IMG/VR virus record: IMGVR_UViG_3300044693_000272
Length of the DNA stretch: 64,000 bases
Direction: 5' to 3' (one strand)
Source: a virus
Lineage: Duplodnaviria > Heunggongvirae > Uroviricota > Caudoviricetes
The number at the start of each line of letters is the position of its first letter. The stretch's first letter is position 1. The notes under the pieces were generated by a model, which did not search any database, was not told the origin of the DNA, and worked only from the letters and a program-made list of their open reading frames with translations. Position numbers and translations under genes: made by a program. Shown piece after piece: positions 63,037 through 64,000 of the stretch.

Positions 63037-63612
63037 TCATTCTGCAAGCTTCATTCCGTTGCATTCAGTGTACAACCACGTCCAAGTACCACGCGACGGT
63101 CCCTTTTCCTTGAAGGGAGTGGGGTTGAACTGCTTACCCTTGCGCTCTGCCGCTTCCTTGGCTGCCGCTTGTGCAGCTTCGTGGCGCACGAGATCTTTCT
63201 CACGATTGTAGAAGCTGTACTTGTACACCAGGTACAGCCGCACACTACCGACCGCCATATGGGGATATTGTTCATCCTCACGTTCTGGCAGTTGCGGCAG
63301 TGCCGTGGAATAATCGTTGTGATGTGGCGAAGGGGCAGGGAACAAGTCGTAAACGCCGGTAGCACCAGGCTTGCTGCTCTTGACCCTGATGCAATTTCCA
63401 GTGCTTGGGGTGGTAGTGCCGTGTCGAGCATGCATCTGCGCAATCGTCTGAATGTCGTCAATGACTAGCTTTTGATGCTCGACAAGCTCAAGCGCCAACT
63501 TGTACCCCATGTACGCATTGTCTGCCGCGTCGAAACCATACTGATAGCCCTTGTCGACTAGCATCTTTCTGAAATCATCGAACCCCATTGGTTCGAGTTG
63601 GGTATTGCTCAT
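63037..63612 (-). CDS. hypothetical protein
   Basis: long ORF with SD AAGGA. Confidence 0.65.
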   Translation of the reverse strand: MSNTQLEPMGFDDFRKMLVDKGYQYGFDAADNAYMGYKLALELVEHQKLVIDDIQTIAQMHARHGTTTPSTGNCIRVKSSKPGATGVYDLFPAPSPHHNDYSTALPQLPEREDEQYPHMAVGSVRLYLVYKYSFYNREKDLVRHEAAQAAAKEAAERKGKQFNPTPFKEKGPSRGTWTWLYTECNGMKLAE

Positions 63613-63697
63613 ATTAATCCTTAACGTTGACGGAATGCCTTCAGCCAAAAATTGGCGACTGCATCGGAAATTTCACTGTCGGTCATTTGCTCCGCTT

Positions 63698-63988
63698 CTA
63701 CCAGCTTCTTGCGGAGCTCTGCCATCCACGAACGGTCGTGCGTTGCAGTTGAATGAGCCCTTCAGCCTTGAAGGAATCGACGAGCGCCATGCAGCGCAAT
63801 TGCGCATGTTCAACAGAATGACCGTACACCTGAATGTGAGTCATGGTGGTTGGGTTACCAACTTTACCAGTCAGACGATCTCGAATCCAAGATTCATCCA
63901 TGGTTTTATCAAACATGGTTGGGCATTCTTCCAATACTAGGTATTGGTCGTCGAGAATGTTATAAACAGCACAATGCGTGAACGGCAT
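63698..63988 (-). CDS. hypothetical protein
   Basis: 96 aa ORF. Confidence 0.55.
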   Translation of the reverse strand: MPFTHCAVYNILDDQYLVLEECPTMFDKTMDESWIRDRLTGKVGNPTTMTHIQVYGHSVEHAQLRCMALVDSFKAEGLIQLQRTTVRGWQSSARSW

Positions 63989-64000
63989 ATCACCTGCTTC

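Noticed and set aside
413-63940. Plus-strand ORFs antisense to long minus-strand genes (e.g. 6441-6938, 54225-54833, 60320-60796, 62103-62561)
   Set aside because: Shadow ORFs of genuine genes; only 12443-13114 and 37153-37770 have independent motif support.
1-64000. Stop-codon reassignment (alternative genetic code)
   Set aside because: Genes are dense and full length in code 11, and no canonical suppressor tRNA was found.

Overview
64 kb of a large lytic tailed-phage (jumbo-phage-like) genome. Almost everything is encoded on the minus strand, with no integrase, CRISPR array or rRNA. The left (1-26 kb) and right (50-64 kb) parts hold dense small accessory or early genes. Recognisable products include an AlkB-like dioxygenase, PepA aminopeptidase, a hotdog thioesterase, GNATs, a Seg-like GIY-YIG endonuclease, a YqiA-like esterase, an AAA+/M41 protease, IF-1, a clan-A glycoside hydrolase, a DEDD exonuclease and a YadA-like autotransporter. 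The centre (27-39.5 kb, with outliers) is a very large tRNA array: about 51 canonical tRNAs covering all 20 amino acids, plus many non-canonical tRNA-shaped RNAs. The most striking unexplained structure is a family of at least 12 non-coding elements sharing one module: a 6-8 bp helix, a (T/A)CAGCAA strand and an opposite A-rich strand. The module occurs in five topologies: circularly permuted tRNA with a closed acceptor stem (YrlA/Y-RNA-like); the inverse permutation, a CCA-ended tRNA carrying the module in its anticodon arm; bare minimal stems; a stem enclosing an intact tRNA-Asn; and 200-290 nt forms with a shared internal core. All coordinates and folds were read by eye (expect errors of 1-3 nt). 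No database search or folding program was run. Several CDS starts were moved to the likelier downstream ATG.
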